A stretch of 64,000 nt of DNA from Candidatus Poriferihabitaceae bacterium. GTDB taxonomy: Bacteria > Pseudomonadota > Gammaproteobacteria > Arenicellales > Poriferihabitantaceae. Each line of letters starts with the position of its first letter. The stretch's first letter is position 1. Of the stretch, positions 39,886 through 49,790 are shown one piece after another. The DNA lies in assembly GCA_965213885.1 (NCBI GenBank), contig OZ243919.1:154668-218667 (forward strand). The letters run 5' to 3'. The notes under the pieces are model-generated. The model saw only the letters and a program-made list of their open reading frames with translations. It did not search any database and had not been told where the DNA came from. The position numbers and the translations under genes were made by a program.

Positions 39886-41133
39886 TTGTTTCCTGTGAAT
39901 TTCCAGTACCCTGATCGCGTCCAGGATCTTCGGGGCCGGCTCAGTGCCTTCATGACTCGCCATGTTCACCCCGCGGAGGCGGCAATGAACGCCTGGAAGC
40001 GGGAAGCGGAAAATCCCTGGACGACTCCGCCCATCATCCGGGATCTCAAGCAGGAGGCGCGCGCCGAGGGTCTCTGGAACCTCTTTCTTCCCAAAGCCCA
40101 TTACCGGCCGCCACCGGGGGAAACCGAACCGCTCAGCAATCTCGAGTATGCCCCGCTCGCCGAAATCATGGGACGTGTGATCTGGGCGCCGGAGGTGTTC
40201 AACTGCAATGCGCCGGACACCGGCAACATGGAGACCCTGATACTGTACGGAACCGATGACCAGAAGGAACGTTGGCTGAAACCGCTGATGGACGGGGAGA
40301 TCCGGTCCGGCTTCGCCATGACCGAACCCCATCACGCTTCATCGGACGCCACTAATATCTCCTGTGCCATCATCCGTGACGGTGACGAATACGTGATCAA
40401 CGGGCGCAAGTGGTTCACCACCGGCGCCATGCGGGACAACTGCGAGATACTCATCGTCATGGGCAAGACGGACCCGGAAAATCCGGACCGGCACCGGCAG
40501 CAGTCCATGATCCTGGTGCCGCGTGACACGCCGGGTGTGCGTGTTGTCCGCACCCTGACGACGCTCGGTTACAACGATGCCCCTTTCGGTGAACCGGAGA
40601 TCGAATTCCGGGATGCGCGGGTGCCTGCGGGAAACATGCTGCTGGGTGAGGGGCGGGGCTTCGAGATCGCACAGGGCCGGCTCGGCCCGGGGCGGATCCA
40701 TCACTGCATGCGCCTCGTGGGATGCGCCCAGAGGGCTCTGGAGCTGGCCTGCAGGCGGGTGGAGGAGCGCACCACGTTCGGCCGCCTCCTCAGCAAGCAC
40801 CAGTCCGTCAGGGAGGCGATTGCCCAGGCCTATTGCGATATTGAACAGGCCCGCCTCCTGACGCTCATGGCCGCGGACCGCATGGACCGGCATGGCAACA
40901 GGGTGGCCAGGGATCTCATCGCCGCCATCAAGATCGTGGCCCCCGCCATGGCCTGCCGGGTGATTGACGACGCCATGCAGATGCACGGAGCGGCGGGATT
41001 GACCGATGACTTCTTCATGGCCGAGGCCTACAACTATGCCCGGCAGATTCGCCTCGCGGACGGACCGGACCAGGTGCACATGATGCAGCTTGGCCGTGAC
41101 ATCATACGCCGCCATGCCGGAACCGGCGAATGA
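39886..41133 (+). CDS. Acyl-CoA dehydrogenase, ACAD10/11 C-terminal-domain-like
   Basis: ..GLWNLFLP.., LSNLEYAPLAEIMGR, APDTGNMETLILYGTDDQKERWLKPLMDGEIRSGFAMTEP, RDGDEYVINGRKWF, RLGPGRIHHCMR. TTG at 39886 or GTG at 39895 as start. Confidence 0.9.
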   Translation: MFPVNFQYPDRVQDLRGRLSAFMTRHVHPAEAAMNAWKREAENPWTTPPIIRDLKQEARAEGLWNLFLPKAHYRPPPGETEPLSNLEYAPLAEIMGRVIWAPEVFNCNAPDTGNMETLILYGTDDQKERWLKPLMDGEIRSGFAMTEPHHASSDATNISCAIIRDGDEYVINGRKWFTTGAMRDNCEILIVMGKTDPENPDRHRQQSMILVPRDTPGVRVVRTLTTLGYNDAPFGEPEIEFRDARVPAGNMLLGEGRGFEIAQGRLGPGRIHHCMRLVGCAQRALELACRRVEERTTFGRLLSKHQSVREAIAQAYCDIEQARLLTLMAADRMDRHGNRVARDLIAAIKIVAPAMACRVIDDAMQMHGAAGLTDDFFMAEAYNYARQIRLADGPDQVHMMQLGRDIIRRHAGTGE

Positions 41134-42155
41134 ATGACCCGTCCATCGGCCACCTGCCGCTCGATACTCTGGGGATGTACCTTGAGGCACGGATCGCGGG
41201 GTTCAGGGGCCTGCGGGCAGCGGAAAAATTCCGCGGTGGCCAGTCCAATCCCACCTACCTGCTGTCCGCGGACTCGGGTACCTACGTTCTGCGCCGCAAG
41301 CCCCCCGGGGAACTGCTCAGGTCCGCCCATGCGGTGGACCGTGAATTCCGCGTCATCAGGGCTCTGGACGATACCGGGGTGCCCGTGGCAAGGTCGCTGC
41401 ATCTGTGTGAGGACGACGCGGTCATCGGCAGCATGTTCTATGTCATGAGCCATGTTCCCGGAGTGATCTACTGGGATCCCGCGCTTCCGGATCTGGACCC
41501 CGACGGGAGGCGGGCGGTCTTCGACGAGATGAACCGGGTACTGGCAACGCTGCATGATGTCGACATCGAGGCGGCGGGACTTGGGGATTTCGGTCGTCAG
41601 GGAGACTATTTCGCCCGCCAGATCAGCAGGTGGAGCCGCCAGTACGCCGCATCGGAAACCGAAACCGTTGCGGACATGGATGCCCTGATCCTCTGGCTGC
41701 CCGAGAACCTGCCGCCCGATGACGGCATGGTCAGCCTGATCCACGGCGACTATCGCATCGACAACCTGATTTTCGACCCGCGGGAGCATTTCGCCCTGGC
41801 CCTGCTCGACTGGGAACTGTCCACGCTCGGGCATCCCTATGCCGACCTGGCCTACCAGTGCATGCAGTGGCGCCTCGGCCGGGAGGCGGTGATGCCGGGT
41901 CTGGGAGATCTCGACCGCGGCGCGCTCGGTATCCCCACGGAAGAAGAGTATGTTGTCCGGTACTGCGAACGTCGCGGGATCAGCGGAATATCGAACTGGC
42001 CGTTCTATCTCGCATTCGGTTTCTTCCGCTTCGCCGCGATCATGCAGGGGGTGTACCGGCGCAGTCTGGACGGCAATGCCTCCAGCGAACGGGCATCGGA
42101 GTACGGATCCCTGGTCAGGCCGCTGGCGCGGCTGGGCGTCCTGCACACGAACTGA
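41130..42155 (+). CDS. Aminoglycoside-phosphotransferase-fold kinase (ACAD10/11 N-terminal-domain-like)
   Basis: GGQSNPTYLL..YVLRRKPPG, AHAVDREFRVIRAL, LIHGDYRIDNLIF (catalytic loop), LDWELSTLG. The start overlaps the ACAD stop (ATGA). Confidence 0.85.
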   Translation: MNDPSIGHLPLDTLGMYLEARIAGFRGLRAAEKFRGGQSNPTYLLSADSGTYVLRRKPPGELLRSAHAVDREFRVIRALDDTGVPVARSLHLCEDDAVIGSMFYVMSHVPGVIYWDPALPDLDPDGRRAVFDEMNRVLATLHDVDIEAAGLGDFGRQGDYFARQISRWSRQYAASETETVADMDALILWLPENLPPDDGMVSLIHGDYRIDNLIFDPREHFALALLDWELSTLGHPYADLAYQCMQWRLGREAVMPGLGDLDRGALGIPTEEEYVVRYCERRGISGISNWPFYLAFGFFRFAAIMQGVYRRSLDGNASSERASEYGSLVRPLARLGVLHTN

Positions 42156-42486
42156 CCCGGCATTGCCCGTATGCAATGGTTGCGGGCCGGTCGTGGCATC
42201 GCCGGAAAATCATTGCGGCCCGTCTGGTGAGGCCCGACTTCAAGTCCCTGTGGTGCCATTCAGATCGGGCGCTTCATGCCCGACCGGGAGGCCTGTCTCT
42301 GGACACAGGATCCAGTGATCAAGGTGTCCATCTGAAGGACATTGCCCTCCATCTCGGGTCGGAATCCCAAAACAACCCGGCTTGCATGGTTTGTATCAAA
42401 TCATTGCCGTGTATGGGTTGTGCGACCCGGATATGCGATGTGCTTTCCAGATCAACCGGCAATTGTTGGAATCGCCAGGATGCTAT

Positions 42487-42505
42487 TGTAATGCTAATCA
42501 TTATT
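42487..42505. promoter_or_regulatory. Candidate Fur box
   Basis: tgtaatgctaatcattatt matches 15/19 of GATAATGATAATCATTATC by eye. It lies in an AT-rich patch about 375 nt upstream of the fbpA-like start. Confidence 0.5.
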
Positions 42506-42879
42506 ATTTACATTACACGCCTTGGCGCTCTATTTTCACCAAGCAACTGACAGGAACACATCCCGTGACTTCAAAGAATCATCTGGCACTGGCTGGAACA
42601 CTTTCTCCTGTCGCCGGCGCAGCACCAGATTCACCATTCCGAGGATCCCCGGCACCATGACCGCAACTTCGGCGTGGCGCTGGCTTGCTGGGACCGGCTT
42701 TTCGGCACCCACTGCCATTCCGAGGCGCACCGGAAATTACGCTATGGCCTGGGTCCATCCGTGGCCGAGCCGCATTCACTGTACGCCCTATATCTCCCGC
42801 CTTTCCGGGAGGGGCAGGGGTTCTTCATCGGTTTTTGTTCCGGCCCGGTCCGGCCAACTTCAAAGCAACTGAGCCATTC

Positions 42880-43920
42880 ATGAATCCAATCTGTTCACGT
42901 ATCCCCCTGGCGTCCCTGGCATTGGCGCTGGCATCGATGATTGCGGGTCTTGCGCCGGCGGTCGCGGAAGATGTCGTCAATATCTATTCCGCGCGAAAGG
43001 AGGCGCTCATACTTCCGCTTCTGCAACGATTCGAGGCGGACACGGGAATCGGTTTTCGTCTGGTAACCGGGAAGGCAGACGGCCTTCTCAAGCGGATTGA
43101 AATCGAGGGTGAGGCGACTCCAGCAGATGTCTTCATCACAGTAGATGCCGGCCGGCTCCAGCGCGCCAAGGCTGCAGGCATCCTGCAGGCAACCCACAAT
43201 CCTGTTCTGGATGTATCCATACCGGCCCATCTGCGGGATGAGGACAGCCAGTGGTTCGGGCTTTCCCGGCGCGCCCGGGTGATCTTTTACGCCAGGGATC
43301 GAGTGGATCCGGAAGAACTGTCGACCTATGAAGCGCTGGCGGACGAGAAATGGCGTGGACGACTGTGCATTCGCTCGTCGGACAATATCTACAACCAGTC
43401 CCTTGTCGCCTCCATGATCGAGCACCTGGGTGAGGAAGAGACGGAACAATGGGCCCGGGGGCTGGTGGCGAACTTCGCCCGCAATCCCGGCGGCGGAGAC
43501 ACGGACCAACTGCATGCGGTGGCAGCCGGGCAATGCGATGTAACGCTGGTCAACACCTACTATTTTGGGCGTCTTGTCAACAGTGCAAAAGAAAAGGATC
43601 GCGCGGCGGCGGAAAAAATTGGTGTTTTCTGGCCGAATCAGGGCGGTCGCGGGGCCCATGTCAATGTCAGTGGCGCCGGCATTGTCCGCCATGCCCGCAA
43701 CAGGGCTGCGGCAGAGGCCCTGCTGGAATTCCTTGTCACCCCGGAGTCGCAAGGCTGGTACGCCGAAGTCAACAACGAGTATCCCGTTGTGCCCGGGGCG
43801 CCTATTTCGGATACACTGCGCCGGCTGGGAGAGTTCAGGGCCGATACCATCAACCTGACACTGCTTGGTGAAAACAACAGGGCTGCGCTGCAACTGATGG
43901 ATCGGGCGGGATGGCGTTGA
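42880..43920 (+). CDS. fbpA: Fe(3+) ABC transporter periplasmic substrate-binding protein
   Basis: Signal peptide MNPICSRIPLASLALALASMIAGLAPAVA, then VNIYSARKEALILPLL..F...TGI.. and ..RSSDNIYNQSL.. typical of FbpA/AfuA-type iron-binding proteins. I placed the start at the ATG at 42880. Confidence 0.85.
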   Translation: MNPICSRIPLASLALALASMIAGLAPAVAEDVVNIYSARKEALILPLLQRFEADTGIGFRLVTGKADGLLKRIEIEGEATPADVFITVDAGRLQRAKAAGILQATHNPVLDVSIPAHLRDEDSQWFGLSRRARVIFYARDRVDPEELSTYEALADEKWRGRLCIRSSDNIYNQSLVASMIEHLGEEETEQWARGLVANFARNPGGGDTDQLHAVAAGQCDVTLVNTYYFGRLVNSAKEKDRAAAEKIGVFWPNQGGRGAHVNVSGAGIVRHARNRAAAEALLEFLVTPESQGWYAEVNNEYPVVPGAPISDTLRRLGEFRADTINLTLLGENNRAALQLMDRAGWR

Positions 43921-44069
43921 GGGCCTGATGCAGTGTCAGGCATAATCCGCGACCCGCGTATTGGCCAACTGATTGTTTGCCGGCAAGCGTCCGTGACCAG
44001 CCGGCCCCATGCGCGGCCATGTCACTTTCGCCTGCAAAATGGCGCCCCCAACAATCCGGTGCTTCAACC

Positions 44070-45755
44070 ATGCGCAGTGTTGCATTATCTGTCGGCAGTC
44101 ACTCGCTGAACCTGCAGCGGCTGCCCGGCGGCTGGGCGATCGCCGGCGCGCTGACTTCGCTGATCATACTGGTGCCCATCGGTGCAGTCTGCGTTTACCT
44201 GTTCACACCGGCGAGCGAGAACTGGCCGCACCTCGTGGACACGGTCCTGCCGGAGTACGTCAGGAATTCGTTGTGGCTCATGGTGGGTGTTACCCTGGGC
44301 GCGGGGAGCATCGGTGTCACCACGGCATGGCTCACCAGCATGTATCGGTTCCCGGGGCGGGATCTGCTGACCTGGTTATTGCTGCTGCCATTGGCAATGC
44401 CAGCCTACATCATTGCCTATACGTATACCGGAATGCTGGATGTCAGTGGTCCGCTTCAGGGATGGATCCGCGAAACATTCGGGCTATCGTACGGGGAGTA
44501 CTGGTTCCCGGAGGTACGCTCGATCAGCGGTGCCATTGTCATGTTTTCACTGGTGCTGTACCCCTACGTCTATCTGCTTACAAGGGCGGCATTCATCGGC
44601 CAGTCGGTCTGCGTGCTGGAGGTGAGCAGAACCCTGGGCTGCAGTCCCTGGAAGAGTTTTTCCACAGTCGCCGTTCCGCTGGCACGGCCCGCGATCGTGG
44701 CCGGACTGTCACTGGCGCTCATGGAAACACTGGCGGATTTCGGCACCGTGCAGTATTTTGGCGTCAGCACGTTCACCACCGGCATCTACCGCACCTGGTT
44801 CGGCATGTTCGACGCCGTGGCGGCCGCGCAGCTTTCCGCGTTTCTGCTGTTCTTCGTGTTCGCCCTGATCCTGCTGGAACGTTGGTCCCGCCGCCGGGCG
44901 CACTTTCATCACACCACCAACCGCTACCAGCGCCTGCCGGACATCAGACCCTCCCGCGGCTGGTCCGCTCTCGCCTTCATCGCCTGCCTGTTGCCGTTGC
45001 TGTTCGGCTTTATCATACCGACCGTCCAGCTGGTCATCTGGGCCCTGGACACCTACGACATCATGATTGATCGCAGGTTTGTCACCCTGGCCTGGCACAG
45101 TTTCGCGCTGGCAGCGGGGGCTGCGGTCGTTGCACTGGTGCCGGCGCTGATTCTGGGTTATGGAAACCGCATTCATCCCTCGAGGGCCATGCGGTTTTTC
45201 TCGCGCCTGTCATCCATGGGCTACGCCATACCCGGCACCGTGATTGCCGTGGGCGTACTGATCCCGTTCGGCGCACTGGACAACACGCTGAATCGTTGGA
45301 CCCGGGAAAATTTCGAACTGGATGTGGGGTTGTTGTTCAGTGGCACCGTGTTCGTACTGCTGTTCGCCTACACGGTCCGCTTCCTTGCGGTTTCCCTGCA
45401 AACCGTGGAAGCGGGGCTTGAGAAAATCAAACCCTCCATGGATGACGCCGCACGGTCCATGGGCAGTAACCGGGTTGCCGTGCTGCGTGAGATTCACCTG
45501 CCGATCTTGAAGGGAAGCCTGTTGACCGCCATCGTGATCGTGTTTGTGGATGTGATGAAGGAACTGCCCGCCACGCTGATTCTCCGGCCGTTTGACTTCA
45601 ACACCCTTGCGGTGCGTGCCTACGAACTGGCGTCCGACGAACGCCTGGCGGATTCCTCGACTGCCGCGCTCGCAATCGTCGCCGTGGGCATCATCCCCGT
45701 GATTCTGCTGAGCGGGGCCATCGGCAGGTCGCGGGCCGGTACTCGGCCCAGATGA
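44070..45755 (+). CDS. fbpB: Fe(3+) ABC transporter permease (duplicated MetI-like domains)
   Basis: Two permease halves with EAA-like loops (..LEVSRTLGCSPWKSF.., ..DDAARSMGSNRVAVLREIHLPILK..). The start is uncertain (43977 in the track; I prefer the ATG at 44070). Confidence 0.85.
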   Translation: MRSVALSVGSHSLNLQRLPGGWAIAGALTSLIILVPIGAVCVYLFTPASENWPHLVDTVLPEYVRNSLWLMVGVTLGAGSIGVTTAWLTSMYRFPGRDLLTWLLLLPLAMPAYIIAYTYTGMLDVSGPLQGWIRETFGLSYGEYWFPEVRSISGAIVMFSLVLYPYVYLLTRAAFIGQSVCVLEVSRTLGCSPWKSFSTVAVPLARPAIVAGLSLALMETLADFGTVQYFGVSTFTTGIYRTWFGMFDAVAAAQLSAFLLFFVFALILLERWSRRRAHFHHTTNRYQRLPDIRPSRGWSALAFIACLLPLLFGFIIPTVQLVIWALDTYDIMIDRRFVTLAWHSFALAAGAAVVALVPALILGYGNRIHPSRAMRFFSRLSSMGYAIPGTVIAVGVLIPFGALDNTLNRWTRENFELDVGLLFSGTVFVLLFAYTVRFLAVSLQTVEAGLEKIKPSMDDAARSMGSNRVAVLREIHLPILKGSLLTAIVIVFVDVMKELPATLILRPFDFNTLAVRAYELASDERLADSSTAALAIVAVGIIPVILLSGAIGRSRAGTRPR

Positions 45756-46819
45756 ATACGAAGCCCCCACATCATCTGGAACTCAGCGGCGTCAGCGTTG
45801 ATCTCGGGGGAACACGCGTTGTCGACAACGTGAGTTTTTCCCTGGAGGATGGCGAAATCGGCAGCTTGCTTGGCCCCAGCGGTTGCGGAAAAACCACCCT
45901 TCTTCGTGCCATTGCCGGCTTTGAGCAGCCTGCTCACGGGCGGATTCAGATGCGCGGTCAGGTTGTTTCCGGAGCCGGCCGGCATCTGGCGCCGGAACGC
46001 CGCAATATCGGCATGGTGTTTCAGGATCTGGCGCTGTTCCCCCATCTGACCGTCGCCGGCAACGTGGGCTTCGGTATCCGGCAGATGGGTGCGGACGCGA
46101 TCCGCCGCCGCGTACTCGAACTGTTGGAACTGGTCGGCCTGGAGCGGTATGCGGACATGTATCCCCATGAGTTGTCGGGTGGCCAGCAGCAGCGGGTGGC
46201 ATTGGTCCGCGCCATCGCCCCGGGACCTGATTTGCTGCTTCTGGATGAGCCGTTCAGTGGACAGGACCTGGAACTCAGGGAGCAACTGGCCCGTGAGATA
46301 CGCGAGGTGTTGCGCCAAAGCGGCGTGACCGCTCTGTTGGTCACCCATGACCAGCTGGAGGCGTTTGCGTTTTCCGACTTGATGGGCGTCATCAACTGCG
46401 GCCGGCTGCACCAGTGGGACTTCGGTTACAACCTGTACCATTGGCCCGCGGATCGATTCATCGCCGAATTTATCGGGCGTGGCGTCTTCGTGCAGGCCAG
46501 GGTGCTGGATGCAAACCAGCTGCATACCACCTTCGGGGTGATCGCCGGGGAAATGTCCGTTTCCTATCCCGCCGGAACCGAGGTGGATCTTTTGCTGAGG
46601 CCCGATGATATCCACCATGATCCCCGGGGCTGCATCACGGCCCGGGTCGAGTCCAGTGCATTTCGTGGGGCCGACCATCTGTACACGCTCGTGCTGAAAG
46701 ATGGCGCCCGGGTCATGTGTCATGCGCCAAGCCATCACGCCCATCAGCCCGGGGGAGAGATCAGGATCCGCCTGGACCTGCAGCACATGGTGGTTTTTCC
46801 GCGAACCGGTACTGCCTGA
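45752..46819 (+). CDS. fbpC: Fe(3+) ABC transporter ATP-binding protein
   Basis: Walker A GPSGCGKTT, signature LSGGQQQRVAL, Walker B LLLLDEP, C-terminal TOBE-like domain. The start overlaps the permease stop. Confidence 0.9.
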   Translation: MNTKPPHHLELSGVSVDLGGTRVVDNVSFSLEDGEIGSLLGPSGCGKTTLLRAIAGFEQPAHGRIQMRGQVVSGAGRHLAPERRNIGMVFQDLALFPHLTVAGNVGFGIRQMGADAIRRRVLELLELVGLERYADMYPHELSGGQQQRVALVRAIAPGPDLLLLDEPFSGQDLELREQLAREIREVLRQSGVTALLVTHDQLEAFAFSDLMGVINCGRLHQWDFGYNLYHWPADRFIAEFIGRGVFVQARVLDANQLHTTFGVIAGEMSVSYPAGTEVDLLLRPDDIHHDPRGCITARVESSAFRGADHLYTLVLKDGARVMCHAPSHHAHQPGGEIRIRLDLQHMVVFPRTGTA

Positions 46820-47127
46820 ACGGGGCGATGTCCGGGGCCGGTCACCGGGCGATTCGGGTCCCGGGTCAAACGACGGCAAGGGTCCGGGACCTGGCGGCGG
46901 TAACGATCAACCCCCTGGGGTGCGGATGGGGACAATGGCGGTATGGGCTGTAGGGGAGCACACCCCAGAGGGACGCAGTTGCTGGAACGAGAATCAGAAG
47001 CAGTATTATTCTGTTTAAAATCAATTACTTGTAAATAGATCGGCACTTTGTTATCTTACAGGAATGTCCAAACAACCGAGGCAGCGGCTATCGGTTCGCC
47101 GTTGGTCTCAACACCAGAGAAATCATC

Positions 47128-47610
47128 ATGAAAGGGAATGAAACAGTCATCAAGCACCTGAACAGGGTTCTGAAAAATGAACTGACGGCCATCAACCAGT
47201 ATTTCCTCCATGCGCGGATGCTGAAGGACTGGGGCCTGGTCGCCCTGGGTGAGCATGAATACCATGAATCCGTTGACGAGATGAAACACGCCGATGGGCT
47301 CATCGAACGGATTCTTTTTCTGGAAGGTCTGCCGAATCTGCAGGATCTCGGGAAACTCATGATCGGCCAGAATACCCGGGAGATTCTGGAATGCGACCTG
47401 AAAATGGAGATGAAGGCGCACCCGGATTTACAGGCAGCGATTGCGGACTGTGAATCCGTCGGGGATTATGTTTCCCGGGCGCTGTTCGCATCCATCCTGG
47501 AATCCGAAGAAGAGCATATCGACTGGCTGGAAACCCAGTTGGAACTGATCGACCGGGTTGGGCCTGAAAATTATCAGCAGTCACAGATGGCAGCCACCCC
47601 GGAAGCCTGA
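47128..47610 (+). CDS. bfr: Bacterioferritin
   Basis: [66 protein letters not shown]: ferroxidase-centre residues and the heme-ligand Met context. Confidence 0.95.
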   Translation: MKGNETVIKHLNRVLKNELTAINQYFLHARMLKDWGLVALGEHEYHESVDEMKHADGLIERILFLEGLPNLQDLGKLMIGQNTREILECDLKMEMKAHPDLQAAIADCESVGDYVSRALFASILESEEEHIDWLETQLELIDRVGPENYQQSQMAATPEA

Positions 47611-48142
47611 GCCTTGCAGCCGACTGCAGGCGACAGACCTCTGATCGCCACCCCAGAAGGTGGCATGCCGGCGGGTATCAGCATCACCCGGTAGCGTTCC
47701 CCCGAGCACCGTCATCCGGTGTCCCGGCCAGGCTGTCGGCGGATATTCGCGGCCCGCAGCCTCCAAGACAGTGACCATGAGGTATCCGGAGCCCGGGTGC
47801 AAGGTGTCCCTTGTCATGCGACGATCCCCGACATCAGCTTCTTCGGGCGCAGGGGATCCCGGGAAGCGGTTCAGGTCCGGACGCCGGACTCGCGGTCTGC
47901 CGGCCCCTGGCTGCGGCAGCGGGTCTGGGAGGATTCCGGATTCCTTGAAAGTCACCCGCTGGGCACTTCGGTGAAATCAGGCCCCGATCACCATCCGGAA
48001 CGGATGGCACGGGAGGGCTGCATCCATCCTGTCCGACATCCGCATTGGGCTCGTTTCCTGTTGTCCGGACTTCCCGCACGGATTTTTGCAATCGGACTAA
48101 TTCTCATTTATACTCCGATTTGCAATTACAGAATTCCGGGGC

Positions 48143-48382
48143 ATGTACGTCTGCATCTGCAAATCCGTTAGCAACCACGAGATCGAGAACGCCGTGGAAC
48201 GGGGAGATGTCACCTCCCTGGCGTGCTTGCGCAGGTGTCTGGGCGTCGGTACGGGATGTGGTATCTGCCTGGAGTCCGCAAAGGAGTGCCTCACCGATGC
48301 GCTCGCACGCAACCTGCCTGGTGATGCGATGGCGCAATATGAATCCCTGGCGGAATTCAGGGTCTCAGCGACTCCGGCCTGA
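48143..48382 (+). CDS. bfd: Bacterioferritin-associated ferredoxin ([2Fe-2S] BFD-like)
   Basis: MYVCICKSVSNHEI...GVGTGCGICL: the C-x-C...C-x2-C pattern of Bfd. Confidence 0.85.
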   Translation: MYVCICKSVSNHEIENAVERGDVTSLACLRRCLGVGTGCGICLESAKECLTDALARNLPGDAMAQYESLAEFRVSATPA

Positions 48383-48558
48383 TCCGCAAATTCCGGCAAC
48401 GAACGGACTCGTCACCCTATCCCAAGACACAGGCAGGCTGTGCCTGACTTGGGTTATGATCGCATACTTCCTCTGTCCAATCGTAGGGACCCCCTTCGTG
48501 ACTTGCTGCCATGCGGCATTGAATCGTTGCCCTCTCCCCAAACAGATATCCCGTCACA

Positions 48559-49017
48559 GTGCCCCCCACTCCTGAAGAAAAGGCCGAAGGATTTACCGGT
48601 GACCTGCACAAGGCCGGACTGAAGACAACGTTGCCGAGACTGAAGGTTCTCTCGGTCCTGGAAGCAAGCGATAACCGGCACATGTCCGCGGAGGATGTGT
48701 ATCGCGAGGTCCTGAAGGACAGTGACCCCGTCGGTCTCGCCACCGTCTACCGCGTATTGGCCCAGTTCGTGGAAGCCGGGCTGGTGGTCCGGCACCAGTT
48801 CGAGGGAGACAAATCGGTTTTCGAACTGAATGACGCTGCGCATCATGATCATATGGTCTGTATGAAATGCGGCCTTGTGATCGAATTCGTGAATCGGGAG
48901 ATTGAGTCACTACAGCAGCAGGTGGCGGAAAGTCATGATTTCGACCTGCAGGATCACTCATTGACGCTGTATGGACTGTGCAGCAATTGCCGCGAGTCCC
49001 CCCGGTTGTCCAGATGA
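48559..49017 (+). CDS. fur: Ferric uptake regulator
   Basis: GLKTTLPRLKVLSVLE..HMSAEDVY..ATVYRVLAQFVEAGLV, HHDHMVCMKCG..., LYGLCSNC. GTG start; the N-terminal extension is uncertain. Confidence 0.9.
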   Translation: MPPTPEEKAEGFTGDLHKAGLKTTLPRLKVLSVLEASDNRHMSAEDVYREVLKDSDPVGLATVYRVLAQFVEAGLVVRHQFEGDKSVFELNDAAHHDHMVCMKCGLVIEFVNREIESLQQQVAESHDFDLQDHSLTLYGLCSNCRESPRLSR

Positions 49018-49355
49018 CCCCAGCCCATCCGTTGTAGAGAGGCTTTCCGGATGATGAGCCGTGTTGCTGCACAGGCATCAGGTTCAGCGCGGGGGAGGCG
49101 AAGTGCGATTCGGTCCTCCTCCTTCAATGACCCGGACGGCTCCGGAGCGGATCTCGGCGTTCACGGCAGCTTGACCTGAACGGGAAACGGCGCCCGTTCC
49201 AGATGCCGAATCCGCGTTGCCATCACCCCGCCGAAACGATCCCCACCCGACCTCAAGCCGACATGGGGTACAGCAGGTGAAACGCGGATTCTTTCGGTGA
49301 AAGGGCCAGTGAGAGGTGATGGGTAAGGCGGGTCGTGGCGAAAGTCCTGCGGGAC

Positions 49356-49790
49356 TCAGGGGTTTCGATGTCCAACATCCATCACCGGGAGCCTGAAACG
49401 GAGATTCTCTTCGATCCCGACCATGGTCGATCGCTCCGCCGGGGCAAATTCACGCAACCGGTCAATGACATCCTCGACCATGTCCTCCGGCGCCGAGGCG
49501 CCGGAAGTCTGCCCGACAGAGACTACATCTTCGAACCATTCCTTCTCGATGGCGTCAACATGTCTACCAGATCGCCCGGAGTTCCGGCTTCGGCTCCCGA
49601 TTTCTCGAAGCCGGTTGCAGTTGGAACGGTTGTGTGCTCCGACCACCAGGATGAGGTCGACGATCGCAGTCAGCTTGCGAACCGCAGCCTGGCGATTCTG
49701 CGTGGCATAACAGATGTCCGTTTCCAACGGAAAGTGCGCCTGACGCGGGAGAAATTCCCCGATGGGGGCCTGGGGTAAAATCCGGCACCT
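49356..49790 (-). pseudogene. ispH: Fragment of ispH/lytB (HMBPP reductase), C-terminal ~45% only
   Basis: ..TDICYATQNRQAAVRKL..VDLILVVGAHNRSNCNRL..IEKEWFEDVVSVGQTSGASAPEDMVEDVIDRL is colinear with the E. coli IspH C-terminal part (DICYATTNRQEAV..VVGSKNSSNSNRL..VGVTAGASAPD). The N-terminal half, with two of the three cluster cysteines, is absent. Confidence 0.65.

Noticed and set aside
47611-48142. ORFs 47719-48171 (+) and 47581-47955 (-) between bfr and bfd, and a Fur-like site at about 48096-48114
   Set aside because: The translations are Arg/Pro/Gly-rich with no family resemblance. The Fur-like site matches only about 10/19 by eye, too weak to list as a feature.
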